A model generated the notes under the pieces. That model saw only the letters and a list, made by a program, of their open reading frames with translations, ran no database searches and was not told the origin of the DNA. DNA of 64,000 bases from Mytilus californianus (lineage: Eukaryota), in contig NW_026262690.1 of NCBI RefSeq assembly GCF_021869535.1, positions 109,244,001 through 109,308,000 of the forward strand. The letters run 5' to 3'. Positions within the stretch are counted from its first letter, which is position 1; the number at the start of each line of letters is the position of its first letter. A program made the position numbers and the translations under genes. Below, piece after piece: positions 37,701-49,650 of the stretch.

Positions 37701-39924
37701 AAATTTATTTGTAAAAAACACTTATTTTACAACCCCCGCATCTCATGTTCAGGTGGGGGAATCTTATGTAGCAAAAATGAATAAAAACTGGCCTAAAAAA
37801 TGTTTGTTTACGTATTTTCTAGAACCCTGTCAATCGTTTGGAAATCATTTTAGCCAGTCATTTCACGATATGGAATACAAATATATTTTATAAGAACTGT
37901 TGTCATCTTCGAATCCCATTGGACGCCATTTGGGCTAATAATGACCTGCGATGCGAAAAATGTTGCAGATTGACGTTGTATATTGATTTTTGTGGCTGTA
38001 ATTTCTGGTTGTCTCTACTTGATAATGAATTTGTGAGTATCATTTTGTATGTTTAAACCAATAAAATATCATTCGCATTGAAGACATTAAAAATATACCC
38101 TTCTAAAACTAACTACATCCTACATTCTACACATTTCATTTCATTGCATAACATTTTAGGACACCAATAAGCTTTTTGTTTCAGATTTGAGGTTGTATTA
38201 ATAAAACATTTTGACTTACATTTTGGTCTTCAAAAGTTTCAATCTTAGATCCTAAAGTCAGACTGCCTTTTCAGGTCGTACAACATAGTGTATGCACATT
38301 TGAGAATGGCAAACGTACGTTTTGAGCATTGTTTACAAACTGCAACGCTAAAAGTCAAGGTTATGGCCTTACTTTAACTTATAATTGTTTACTTTTTACA
38401 CATTGTTACTTGGATGGAGTATGTATCGACAAGCACTTGTTGTTACTTAAGGGGTATTTAAGGGATATTTATTACCAATGCACTCCTACTACAAGTCCGG
38501 TAATTTCGTTCACCTGCACATGAACGGACTTGCTTGACGAACGAACCAAGTTCCCGGCCGCTATGGCATTGCTTTTTATTCATTATTAAGAGTTTTGAGT
38601 CATGATGTCATATTTATAGGTATATCTAACTTAAATTTCCATGTTTTAGACTACAAAACATTAGATTCATCATCAAAAAATAAATTGAAAGGTTTCCAAG
38701 AGCCTGAACCCAACACACACATACATAAAAAAAAATTGACGTACAAAGAAAAACAATATCATCGCACAAGTAAATGGTCCAGATAGTAGGATTGAAATAA
38801 ATCAAAGGGACAGCCATTTGCGATTAATAGGCCGCGCGAAGTGGGGGCAGGATTTAATATATAAATGATCCGACACTGCAAACTGGCAGAAAGAAATCTG
38901 TTCAAAGTTTAATTGGCAATTAATAATATGAGCTCACTCTCTTAACGTCTAGTGGCAATCATGCTAATTTAGAACGAGAGAAAACGAAAAATTACTTCAA
39001 AAGAAATGTTATGAAAGGTAAATCAACCATGATGAAGGGCTAACATTCTGCAGCAGCTGCAAATTAAGGTATGCTTGGTGAGGGCAGAAATGCTGTCTTT
39101 CAACAGACCACCTGCGGACACCTCAGAGTTATTGCAAATGAGGAGTCATAAAAGTGAAGAAAATGTGGCACTCTCAGTTAACTGTCACCCCTTTGCATTT
39201 TTTTATCGTTGTCAACGCATTTTACGCCAGGCTCAAACATCAAATGGTCGTTCCGGATAAAAACAAAATTATTATTCGAGTAATTTTTTTTCTTTCTAAA
39301 ACAATTCATTTGCCACAGGTATTGTGGTTAGACTCCATTTGTCAGGCAAAATTTTTAAACTCTTAGCAACAAATACACATACCATATATTGTTGACCCCT
39401 ATTAATAAAAGGATAAGTGACGTATACGCTAATGAATACATTAAACGGGCATTAGCTACGATTTAGACAAATAAAATACAATTCTTTTTGTCTCATGTAT
39501 ATAACATGTATAATAAAAGCTGATTTTTGAAATATTTCATTATAAGCAGTCAGTTTGGCCAAAACTCAAGAGTGCACACGCTAGAATGTGTCGCCTGCAA
39601 TTGCTGGTTGAAGGTATATTGAAAGTCTAAAAGATAAAGGCTTTCAATTTCAAGTATCATATAAACTGAAAACAATATCAATGACTAAAGTAACGGTCTA
39701 GGTTAGATGAACGCTGAAAGACGAACTTGTACATAACATAAAGTTCAGACTGTTTATTGTTTTCGAGATCGTTGTTTCGAGTTTGTTGATCTTTATGGAA
39801 TATCCGTTTCACAGATGATTGCGGATATGTTCCTAATGTTCTAACCACAAAACGTCCACCCTTTTCCTGAATGTGACCAACCGAATTAGACTTGTTACCG
39901 GGTTTGTACTAACATGAGCAGCAC

Positions 39925-40146
39925 GACGGGTGCCACATGTGGAGCAGGATCTGCTTAACCTTTCGAATCACCTGAGATCACCCCCAGATTTTGGTGGGGT
40001 TCGTGTTGCTCGGTCTTTAGTTTTCAATGTTGTGTTTTGCGTACTATTGTTTGTCTGTTAGTCTTTTTCTTTTTTAGCCATGGCGTTGTCAGTTAATATC
40101 GAATTATGAGTTTGAATGTCCCTCTGGTATCTTTCGCCTCTCTTTT
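39925..40146 (+). repeat. Dispersed ~220-bp repeat (ACGGGTGCCACATG...GAGCACCTGAGATCACCCC...TATCTTTCGCCTCTC); other copies at ~12652-12870, ~28395-28555, ~32790-32955 and ~36100-36265 (-)
   Basis: Several diverged copies in the window. A retroelement 3' end origin is inferred. Confidence 0.8.
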
Positions 40147-42774
40147 GCATCAATGGCATTAATTATCAGGAAAAAAATCAATTAAGGTATTACAATTTAT
40201 TTTCTTCATGTACTCATCATGGCAAAATTGGGATGTTCCTATACTCAACATGACCAAAAAAGGTTGAGTCCATTGACTTGCCTAAAACATCCTTAGCCAG
40301 AACCAAGTGTTGCATGCAAAATTTACTTTTAATGCACATAAAGCAATATCAATTATCTAATATACATGATTGGGGACTGGGTTTTAAGCTAACAGTTACC
40401 TTGGTAGCTGCTACTCTCAGATGATGTCCTGATACTCTTGGCATTAACAATAATTGTTACTATAGTTATGTGCATTAAACCTTTGATAAACTTATTAGGC
40501 CGTACCATGACCTATAATGGTTTACTTTTATAAATTGTTACTTGGATGGAGAGTTGTCTCATTGGCACTCATAACACATCTTCCTATATCTATTATGGAC
40601 AGTACATCAATTGCAACTAGTTAAGTTGAAAATGACTAATGTTCACTGACCCTTTCATAACTGATGGAATATTTTCTCATTGGCAATTAACACATCTCAT
40701 CATTTTTATTGAGTAAGCCTGAATTTCACATCTGGTAAAATATGCCATTAATTTCAGGATTAAAAATTATCATATGCAAAACTTTCCATTAATTTTAACA
40801 GATCTTGTATCCCTGATCATTTGTTTGCTGTTTAAAGTATATGTCTACTAGTATCTATAATAAGATTCAATATAAATGACAAAAAGTGTTGAAATTGGTT
40901 ATTTGAATTTCTTAAGGATAACAACTCCTATTACATGTATAAGTAGTCAATAAAAGTTTCAATAGTTAAATATTTTATAGATCTTTTATTGCTGATAATC
41001 ATTGTTGTTTCCAGTTTCCGCCTTTCAATTTTAAATGTTTTTAAAGCGAAAATGCTAAAATGTATAAACATTAAAGCGAAAATACTAAAATGTATAAACA
41101 ATGTGCACATGCTGAAATGTCTTGCCTTGTTTACTGATCATGAATAAATAGGGTCATAGTCACTCAGGTGAACCCTGCCAAATGATTTGCATATCTAACA
41201 ATCATTCCATGCACTAAACACATGTATATAGTTAACCTATTGCTTATAGTATCTGAGAAACCAACCTGACCAGGTTACACTGAACCATTAAAATGAGGTT
41301 ATGGTCAGATGAGCCCTACGAGGTTTACATGTACATAATGTAGTTCTCACAGTCAAAGACAAAATACATATGAATTATAAGAAATCATCTGATAAATTTA
41401 GTAAAACAGACATAAAGGTAGATCTGGTCATTCTGAGCATTTCCATCCAGTCAGATTTTTTTTAAATTAACTACATGGTTTTCTAGATATTAGGTAACTA
41501 CATTTTTATGTACTTGCATTTTCCAGCTATGTTCTGTTGAAGCAATAGTCGCAGCCATGTTGGTCGATGAACCTAAGTATAATCAAGAAACTATAATCTA
41601 GGACACCCTAAAAATCATTGAAATGAAGTTCAATTTATGCTGCAGTGAAGGAGGTTTTTGAAAAAAAAGTATATGTACGACAACAGATGGTCTCCAAGTC
41701 ATTGCAAAAGCATGCCATGGACCCGTGGGCTAGATGAGCTAATAATGCCATTGTTCATCTCATTCCTCTCTTAATCACCTTACTAATATTTCCTTTTTCA
41801 TTATTAATTCATATGTCATAGCTGTACATTCACTGTGCATGTTTTTATTGTGTATGTTTTAGTATTAAGATCGGCAGAGGAGGAGGTGTGTGCGAACATA
41901 AAACTGGTTTAACCCCACCTCAATTTGTGTCTATACCAAGGCAGGCTTTCTAGACCATATGGTGTTTGCAATTGTTAGTATTGTATATTTTCTTTTTAGA
42001 CCGGTGTTCATGGTTGAAATTAAAATCTTACCAAAACAGGTGTTTCCCTAAATTTACCAGTTTTTCACATTAAACTAAGTTTTTACCACATTTTTGACTT
42101 CTAGGAATAATTTATAATGACCTTTATACATTGTACTTGTAAATCTGTTTTTGTTAAATTCTAGCAAAAGAAGATATTTTTCAGAATTTGAGATTTTCAA
42201 CAAGAAGTATTTTTATACCAATTTTATTTTAAATTTGTTGACTGATTTATTAAATAGTTTATTACACTTATCATGCTTATATATCAATCCTTTTTGAAAT
42301 CCTACTGTAGCATAAGACGACATTTTATCAAATTTGTGATTTTTAACAAAGTTTTCACTGTATTTAACTGCAAATCTGACGTGCCAAGAATGTGGAAACG
42401 CATATTATACATAGATCTAGATTGTTGTTGAAATGGAAACAAAAACGATGTTTTTTAAGATCTGTATATGTTCAACAAAGTTTGTTTTTACTGCTGTCTT
42501 TTCCCTAATTTTAATTATAATCAAATGTGACACTGGGAAATAATTTTGATGGCATATTATACCTCTTTATAATGTCTCTTCTGCTTGTTGAAAGTCTGTA
42601 ATATGAAGGTTTTGCTACAAGTATCACACACTTAACTTTGTCAATAATCCATGAAAATGAGGTCAACGTCAGATGAACCATACCAGAGAGACTCCTTACA
42701 ATCATTGCATACACCAAATTTAGTGGCCTTATTGCTTATAGTATCTGAGAAACAGACCAAACCACAATAAAATG

Positions 42775-44435
42775 TTCAACAGGGCGCACCTTGATACGAC
42801 CGCAGAGGTTGAATCCTGAACAGTTGGTTAAAAAGAAGTAGTTTAAGATAACAGGCGCCACTTAGTTTTTACATCCAAGACAATAGGGAAAAGTAAATGT
42901 ATTTTCTGCTGCCATGTAAATCAGAAAACAAAAATGAAATAATGATAAATGAGTGTTGGCTATTGGTGTAGAAATAGCGAGAATTTTGGAGGAAACTCTA
43001 TGTGACAAAGAACATTTTCTGTGCAAATATAAGCAAGGGCTGTTCTTCATTCATTCATACTATTTCGAAAATTCAGGATCCATAGAGTACTCTTAAAAAA
43101 TGCCATTTTTCTATCAAAAAAATTGCGGCACAATATGTGTTTTGCAGTTTTATTCACACCCAAAGTTTCTGATCATTCAGAATTTGACAGATTTATCAAC
43201 AGATCTTTTATAGTGAAAACGCAGGACCTAAAAAGACTTCTATTGTCGCCTATGTAAATAATTACTTCATTTTAACCAGTTGTGGCAAGAGTGGACACTA
43301 CATTCAAGTTTTATACAGCTCTGAATTTGGATTGAGATTAAATATTTGACACATCATAGGTTTCTGACACAGAATGAATGTGATCAAAGAAATGTAAAAT
43401 TTTACCTATTATGGTCCAATATCCAAAACCTAAATACATGGTTAGATTCTAAGAACCCAAAGAATTTAATTTTTGTTAAAATCAAACTAAGTTTTATCTT
43501 GGACTCTTTGGACCTTCAATGTGGACCAATCTAATAACAGGGTCCAAAATCCAAATACTAGTACACGGTTAGATATCCTGTGGTGTCTGTCGTTGATGGA
43601 ATATGTTCGTTGTTGTTCTGCAGTTTGCATGTTGTGTTGATATATTATATTATTTGTTTATGCGTTTCTCTGTGATGAATGTTCTTACGTGTGTTTGTGC
43701 TCTATTTCTGTCACGTAGTGTTGTCATTTATGCGATATTTTTTAACATTGTCATAAAGTGGGAGGTTTGGCTAGCCATTAAACCAGGTTCAACCCACCAT
43801 TTTTTCTTAAAATGTCATGTACTAAGTCAAGAATATGGCAGTTGTTATCAAATAGTTCGTTTCTATGTATGTTGGCGTTTGTTTTTGTTGCACTTCAGTG
43901 TTCTCGTTGTTCCTTTATTTTCCTCTTATAGTTGATATGTTTCCCTCGGTTTTAGTTTGTAACCCGGATTTTTTTTCTCTCAATCGATTTATGACTTTTG
44001 AACACTGGTATACTTCTGTTTCCTTTATTTAGTTTCAGCATACCAAAGAACTCATATATTCAATGTTTGTTGAAGTTTAATTTTGGGACCTAATTTGGAC
44101 CAACTTAAAAACTGTGTCAAAAATAAAAAAAAAAATTATCATATGCTTAGATTCAACATATCAAGAACCTCAAGAATTCAATTTTTGTTAAAATCAAACT
44201 AAGTTTAATTTTGGATACTTTGGACCTTAATGTGGACAAGTTTGAAAAAAACGGGCCCAAATCAAAATTCTTCAACACTGTTAGATTTGGCACATCAAAG
44301 AACACCAATAATTCAATTTTTGATGAAACAAAGTTTAATTTTGATCTTTAATTGGGACCAACTTGAATACTGAGCCTAAATCTAAATCTAAATACACGCA
44401 TATGTGTTCTTTTCCTTTTGTATGGTTTTTTATTT

Positions 44436-44482
<47 letters not shown>

Positions 44483-44810
44483 TTGCTTTGCATGTACTGA
44501 TTTTGTGTCATGGATGGATACCCCGTATCCTTTTTTGTCTATTATACCCAAGTTATTGTCTGCGAACCAAAATGTCTTCGGACGACATGAAAAACTCTTG
44601 TTTTTTACCCTTAATTATTAAACAGCTCCGACAATAACCCCAAAAATTAATCCACACCTTCCTATTGTTGTATGTAACCTTGTGCTAATAATTCATAGAT
44701 CCATACACATATAATGATGTTATTGTCTGCGAACCTTATGTCTTCGAACGACGACGCAGACATCGCGATAACATAATACGAACGCAAACATTTTGCGGTT
44801 GTATTAAAAA
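42775..44810 (-). mobile_element. HINE-like element with subterminal inverted repeats, carrying nested insertions
   Basis: TACGACCGCA at ~42795 is inverted relative to TGCGGTTGTA at ~44794; (GAC)n tract near 44750; internal repeats at 43440-43540 and 44150-44370. Interrupted by a MITE (42827-43276) and a dispersed repeat (~43600-44030). Confidence 0.6.
42827..43276. mobile_element. 450-bp MITE with 17-bp TIRs and a 6-bp TSD (CAGTTG)
   Basis: GTTAAAAAGAAGTAGTT / AATTACTTCATTTTAAC (2 mismatches); CAGTTG at 42821-26 and 43277-82. Confidence 0.8.
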
Positions 44811-46560
44811 CTTAACATTGACTTATGATACATGTGAAATGAGGTCAGTCATAAAAACCTTGCCAGTCGGTCATGTACTCCTAACAATCATGCAATTCAC
44901 CAAATATAGTTGACCTATTGCTTATAGTATCTAAGATATGAATCAAGAAAACTTAACCTTGATCACTGATCCATGAAATGAGGTCGAGGTCAGGTGAAGG
45001 ACATGTAGACCTCTGACCTTTAAAGGAACCAATATACCAAATATAAGTATTCTATTACTCAGAATAAGTGAGGAATTCACAGGACAAAAAAAAAACTATA
45101 CATTTTTTCAGTGTCTGAACCAGGAGGTCAAGGATAATGGACATATGACAGATGGAAACTTTGTAAAATAAAGTATCGGTATACAAGGTATTAAACATAA
45201 AGGTCTTCTACCCAAGGAAATACATGTATAAAGCGTTATGCAAATAGTTTATGCCGTCACTAGTTTGTAATCCCTATGACTCGCATTTGCAGTCGAAACA
45301 GAAAACATAGTCTTCATGGTAAATTTCACCCCAAATTATCACAAAAATCAAAACTTAACATTGGGAATCAATTTTGAAAAGCATATTAGAACTTATGTTT
45401 CAAATTTTTAATGGGATATTTTAGCTCACAAAATTATATTGTTTCTCGAAATTTGTGATTTTTTTAATAAATACCAAGTTTTCTAAATCATTCTTTCCCA
45501 AATTTTACCAAAAAGAAAAGGGACCTTTCGTTTATATTTATTTCAATTTTGCATGTAAAGTTTGAAAATTGGTTGAGACAATCTTGACTTATGGTATGTC
45601 AGAAAAGTGTTGACAGACTGACGGACAAAAACAGAGAGAGATTATTATATACGGTATATGTCAACAACTGGGCCCTCATAATCCACATTAAATATCATAA
45701 AATAATATAAAATTTATTTATGACAAAATATCTGGTAAAGTAGAGGCAATAGCCTCTTTTTGGGCAGCAATAAACTTAGTAAATAGACATGCAATTTTAA
45801 TTGTTAAATTCACTATTTTCCGAATATCATTGAACACAACTGAATTTTTTCTACAAAATAACATATTTTATTCCTATGTTACAGTTCACATTGTGACAAA
45901 ATCCATCATTATATCTTCAAAAAACAATTGCACAAAATCTGGCATCTCAAGTTGAATTGTCTAACTTCATGTTACTTTTTTTGTTCATTACTTGACATCT
46001 CATATTTCATCCTGGTAGTTGTAAACCATCGATTCACTAGTTAATACATTTTTCCTGAAAGAAAAAGTACATATAATATAATTTTATAATTAAATTTTTC
46101 TGTATGAATAAAAAAAAAAAAAAAAAATAACGCATACATTCATGTGGCATTGAAGAAAATTCCAATTCCAGTATACTTCTTTTGTTTTCATATTGGATGT
46201 TTGATATTTTCTTATATTTTTAATTTATCAGTCTCAAAACAATCTCTAAATGCTGATTTGTGAATATGCAAGTTTTACTCATTAAGAATAAATTTGGCAA
46301 AGCTGAATCTAGAATATGATAACTCAATATAACGTGACATTTCTCATTTCATCCTGTTAGTTTTAAACCATTGATACACTAGTTAATACATTTTCCTGAA
46401 AGAAAAAGTACATATAATATAATTTTATAATTAAATTTTTCTGTATGAAAAAAAAAAAAATAATAACGCATACATTCATGTGGCATTGAAGAAAATTCCA
46501 ATTCTAGTTTTTATACATCTTTTGTTTTCATATTGGATATTTTATATTTTCTTATATTTA

Positions 46561-47249
46561 TACCTCTGCTGGTGGACTATCAGTCCCCGAGGGTATCGTC
46601 AGCTCAGTAGTCAGTACTTCGGTACTGACATGATTTATAACAAACCTTTCTAAAATGGTCCGTTGTTAAAGTTTGAAATTATAAAGAAACTAAGGTTTCA
46701 ACTCCCTCAGGTAAAGTTGACCTTAGATGAATTTGGCTATTTGTTTTAGGTATTTTTGTCATATAGCTCTTCAACTGTTTCGGTACTTATACATCCCTCG
46801 GATTTCAAATGTTTGGCTTTGAGCGTTCCTGATGAAGGTAAATCCAGAAAAGCGCTTCGGACGCATGAAATTATTAAACTTGTTGTTTTCAATTTTTTAC
46901 ATTACTGTGTCGATACCTCTGCTGGTGGACTATCATTCCTTGAGGATATCATCAGCTCAGTAGTCCGTACTTCGGTATTGACATGATTTATAACAAACCT
47001 TTCTAAAATTGTCCGTTGTTAAATTTTGAAATTACAAAGAAACTAAGGTTTCAACTCCCTCAGGCAAATTTGACATTAGATGAATTTAGCTATTTGTTTT
47101 AGGTATTTTTGTCATATAGCTCTTCAACTGTTTCGGTATTTATACATCCCTCGGATTTCAAATGTTTGGCTTTGAGCGTTCCTGATGAAGGTAAATCCAG
47201 AAAAGCGTCGGACGCATGAAATTATTAAACGTGTTGTTTTCAATTTTTT
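46561..47249 (+). mobile_element. Tandem (~2 x 353 bp) hammerhead-containing repeat, non-LTR retrozyme-like
   Basis: TACCTCTGCTGGTGGACTATC at 46561 and 46914; CTGATGA core at 46829 and 47182; period 353 bp. Fragments of the same family at ~34230-34400, ~51425-51540 and ~62700-62740 (-). Confidence 0.8.
46823..46864 (+). ncRNA. Minimal type I hammerhead ribozyme motif
   Basis: Stem I GCGUUC/GGACGC; core CUGAUGA...GAAA; short stem II GG/CC with an unusual A.A closing position; palindromic stem III AAGCGCUU; predicted cleavage after UUC (C46858). Confidence 0.75.
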
Positions 47250-47639
47250 AATTTATCAATCTCAAAAAAATCACTAAATGCTGATTTGTGAATATGCAAG
47301 TTTTACTCACTAAGAGTAAATTTGCCAGAGCTAAATCTAGAATATGATAATTCAATATAAAAGTTTATTCCAAAATAGTGAAAAGTATTCATTCTTACAA
47401 AATTATATCAAAATTGAAGGTGCTTTTATAGTGAACACAAGTGAATTTATTTACAACTTTTATAGAGATGGGGGTATTGTATATACGCCTGTTCATCTTT
47501 GAAGAAATGTGAGACCATCTTACCCTCTGGATGTCTGGGTTACTGTTTCATTAATAAACACCCACATCACTTTTTATCCATACATTTTGTGTTACATGTA
47601 GTTAGTGTTACTGAACCTCAAAATTTTCAAAGCATGATT

Positions 47640-48392
47640 ACATATTTATGTCTATAAACATAATGAAACCACACTGAATCTACCAGAAAATATACTGAAG
47701 ATGATATTATCAAAATGCTGGAATTTTTGATCGACAATATATCTGTTGAGTTTGGAGGATTTATATTTCAACAGACAGTCGGTATTCCAATGGGTACTAA
47801 TTATGCACCCCTACTGGCCGATTTGTTTTTGTACTTGTATGAAGCAGAATTCATTCAGAACCTTCTAAAAGACAAAAAGAAAAAGCACCTTGCGAAATTC
47901 TTTAATTTGACTTTCCGATATATTGATGATGTCCTATCATTGAAAAACCCATATTTCAGCCAATACTTACATCTCATATATCCCAGTGAACTTGAAATTA
48001 AGGATACTACTGATACTAGAAGGACTGCTTCATACCTTGTTCTTTTCCTCAATATTGTCACAGCTGGACGACTTCACACGAAAATCTATGATAAACGGGA
48101 CGATTTCAACTTCCCAATTATCAATTTCCCATTTCTCAGCAGTAACATACCCTCTGCACCTTCGTATGGTGTTTACATATCTCAGCTGATACGTTATGAT
48201 CGTGCATGTTCACATTATACGGACTTCATAAGCAGGAGTGTGCTCCTAACGCAGAAACTGCTCCAACAAAGTTATGAGGAGGACAGATTAAAAATGACAC
48301 TCCGTAAATTTTACGGACACCATCACGAATTGGTTGATCCATACGATGTGTCTTTGTCCAAACTAACTAAGGACATTTTTACCACGTGTTAG
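47640..48392 (+). pseudogene. 5'-truncated Penelope-like element reverse transcriptase with no C-terminal endonuclease
   Basis: GIPMGTNYAP and FRYIDD motifs, then YPSELEIKDTT, IYDKRDDFNF, YGVYISQLIRY; stop right after the thumb region. The frame extends upstream of the ORF-track start (…KYTEDDIIKMLEF). Confidence 0.9.
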
Positions 48393-49204
48393 ATTGTGAT
48401 TTGACATTACGTCGTCTGATCTTTTAATTACCGAACGTGACTTATTCCCGATTGTGACTGTTTTGCTGAGTGTGAATTCGCATTGCTATAAGATGTGTCA
48501 TGGTACTTTTCTAGCCAAAATTCATGTATTTAGATTTGATGTTATATTTGGTATTCTCATCGGATTTTGTCAAATGTCTTATCGTTTGTAGTTGTAAATC
48601 TTATTTTTTTCTGTTATAGTAAAGATAATTAATCACCCAGTTCATTTATAAGATTATAGTTTGGGTCAACTAAATTTATACTATACGGTATATTTGGTTT
48701 ACAATTTTGATTTAGAAGAAACACCGACATAGCTAGATAATACAATTAATTATCTAATTACTACCACAATTTTATATTAATTAGTATTGTAATTTTCATT
48801 GTTATTAATAAATGTTATATGAGTATTACAAACCTTATCTTGAATTCTATCCTAATTCTATCCTATTTTGGGGAAAATGTTTAGAAATTCAAATGTGACG
48901 TTACTTTGTGCGTTGATCTCTTTTGCTAACTCGGCTGTGAATTTTTATGTGCTGGTTTATGTTGTTTTATGTATCCGTTTTTATTCTGTAGTTAGTCACC
49001 ACTTCGGTGTTATCATGTATATCTATTATATAGACATTTTTATAAATTTACTGTTTGCAAAAGTATGAATTAATCTAAATACTAAGGATGTTTTTATCCC
49101 AGACAGAAAACCTTAGCCATATTTGGCACAACTTTTTGGAACTTTTTGTCCTCAATGCTCTTCAACTTTGTACTTGTTTTGGCTTTCGAACTTTTTTGAT
49201 CTGA

Positions 49205-49248
49205 GCGTCACTGGTTAGTCTTGTGTGGACGAAACGCGCGTCTAGCGT
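49205..49248 (+). ncRNA. Degenerate type I hammerhead motif (second family) downstream of the PLE RT
   Basis: GCGTCA-CTGGTTA-GTC-ttgtgtg-GAC-GAAAC-GCGC-GTC-TAGCGT. Stems are retained but the core is mutated from CUGAUGA, so probably inactive. Confidence 0.65.
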
Positions 49249-49319
49249 ATTAAACTTTAAACCTGGAACCTTTTGTTAGCTATCATTCGTATGTTTCTCT
49301 GTCCTATATGTTGTCCCAT

Positions 49320-49650
49320 TTATTTGTATTGTAGTCCTGTCATGTAATGTTGTCATTTTAATGTTATATTTAACATTGCCATAAAAGCGGGAGGTTTGGC
49401 TAGCCACAAAACCAGGTTCAACCCACCATTTTTGTTCTTAAAATGTCCTGTACCAAGTCATTTAAATGGACATTGTTATATTATAGTTCGTTTCTGTGTG
49501 TACATTTTAATGTTGTGTTTCTGTTGTGTCGTAGTTCTCCTCTTATATTTGATGTGTTTCCTTCAGTTTTAGTTTGTAACCCGGATTTGTTTTTTTCTCA
49601 ATCGATTTATGAATTTCGAACAGCGGTATACTACTGTTGCCTTTATTTAT
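49320..49650 (+). repeat. Dispersed repeat (AAAGCGGGAGGTTTGGCTAGCC...ACTGTTGCCTTTATT); second copy at ~43740-44030
   Basis: Two recognisable copies; this one follows the hammerhead, so it is probably part of the PLE-associated terminal repeat. Confidence 0.75.

Larger units (their letters stand above)
29203..39766. repeat. Giant imperfect inverted duplication: arms ~29203-33918 and ~35157-39766, spacer ~1.24 kb
   Basis: Colinear reverse-complement matches along the arms (e.g. 30410-30490 with 38500-38575; 32400-32640 with 36420-36660). The ORF track shows mirrored ORFs (32405+/36469-, 31539-/37047+, 30108-/38595+). Confidence 0.95.
45994..47360. repeat. ~342-bp tandem duplication whose second copy is interrupted by the retrozyme insertion
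   Basis: Copy 1 is 45994-46335; copy 2 is 46336-46560 plus ~47250-47360. Confidence 0.85.

Noticed and set aside
40405-40470. Possible minus-strand host exon ending AAG|GTAACT
   Set aside because: Short, with no recognisable protein motif or partner exons.
44348-44637. Poly-Lys/poly-Phe ORFs
   Set aside because: Artefacts of a ~45-nt poly(T) tract.
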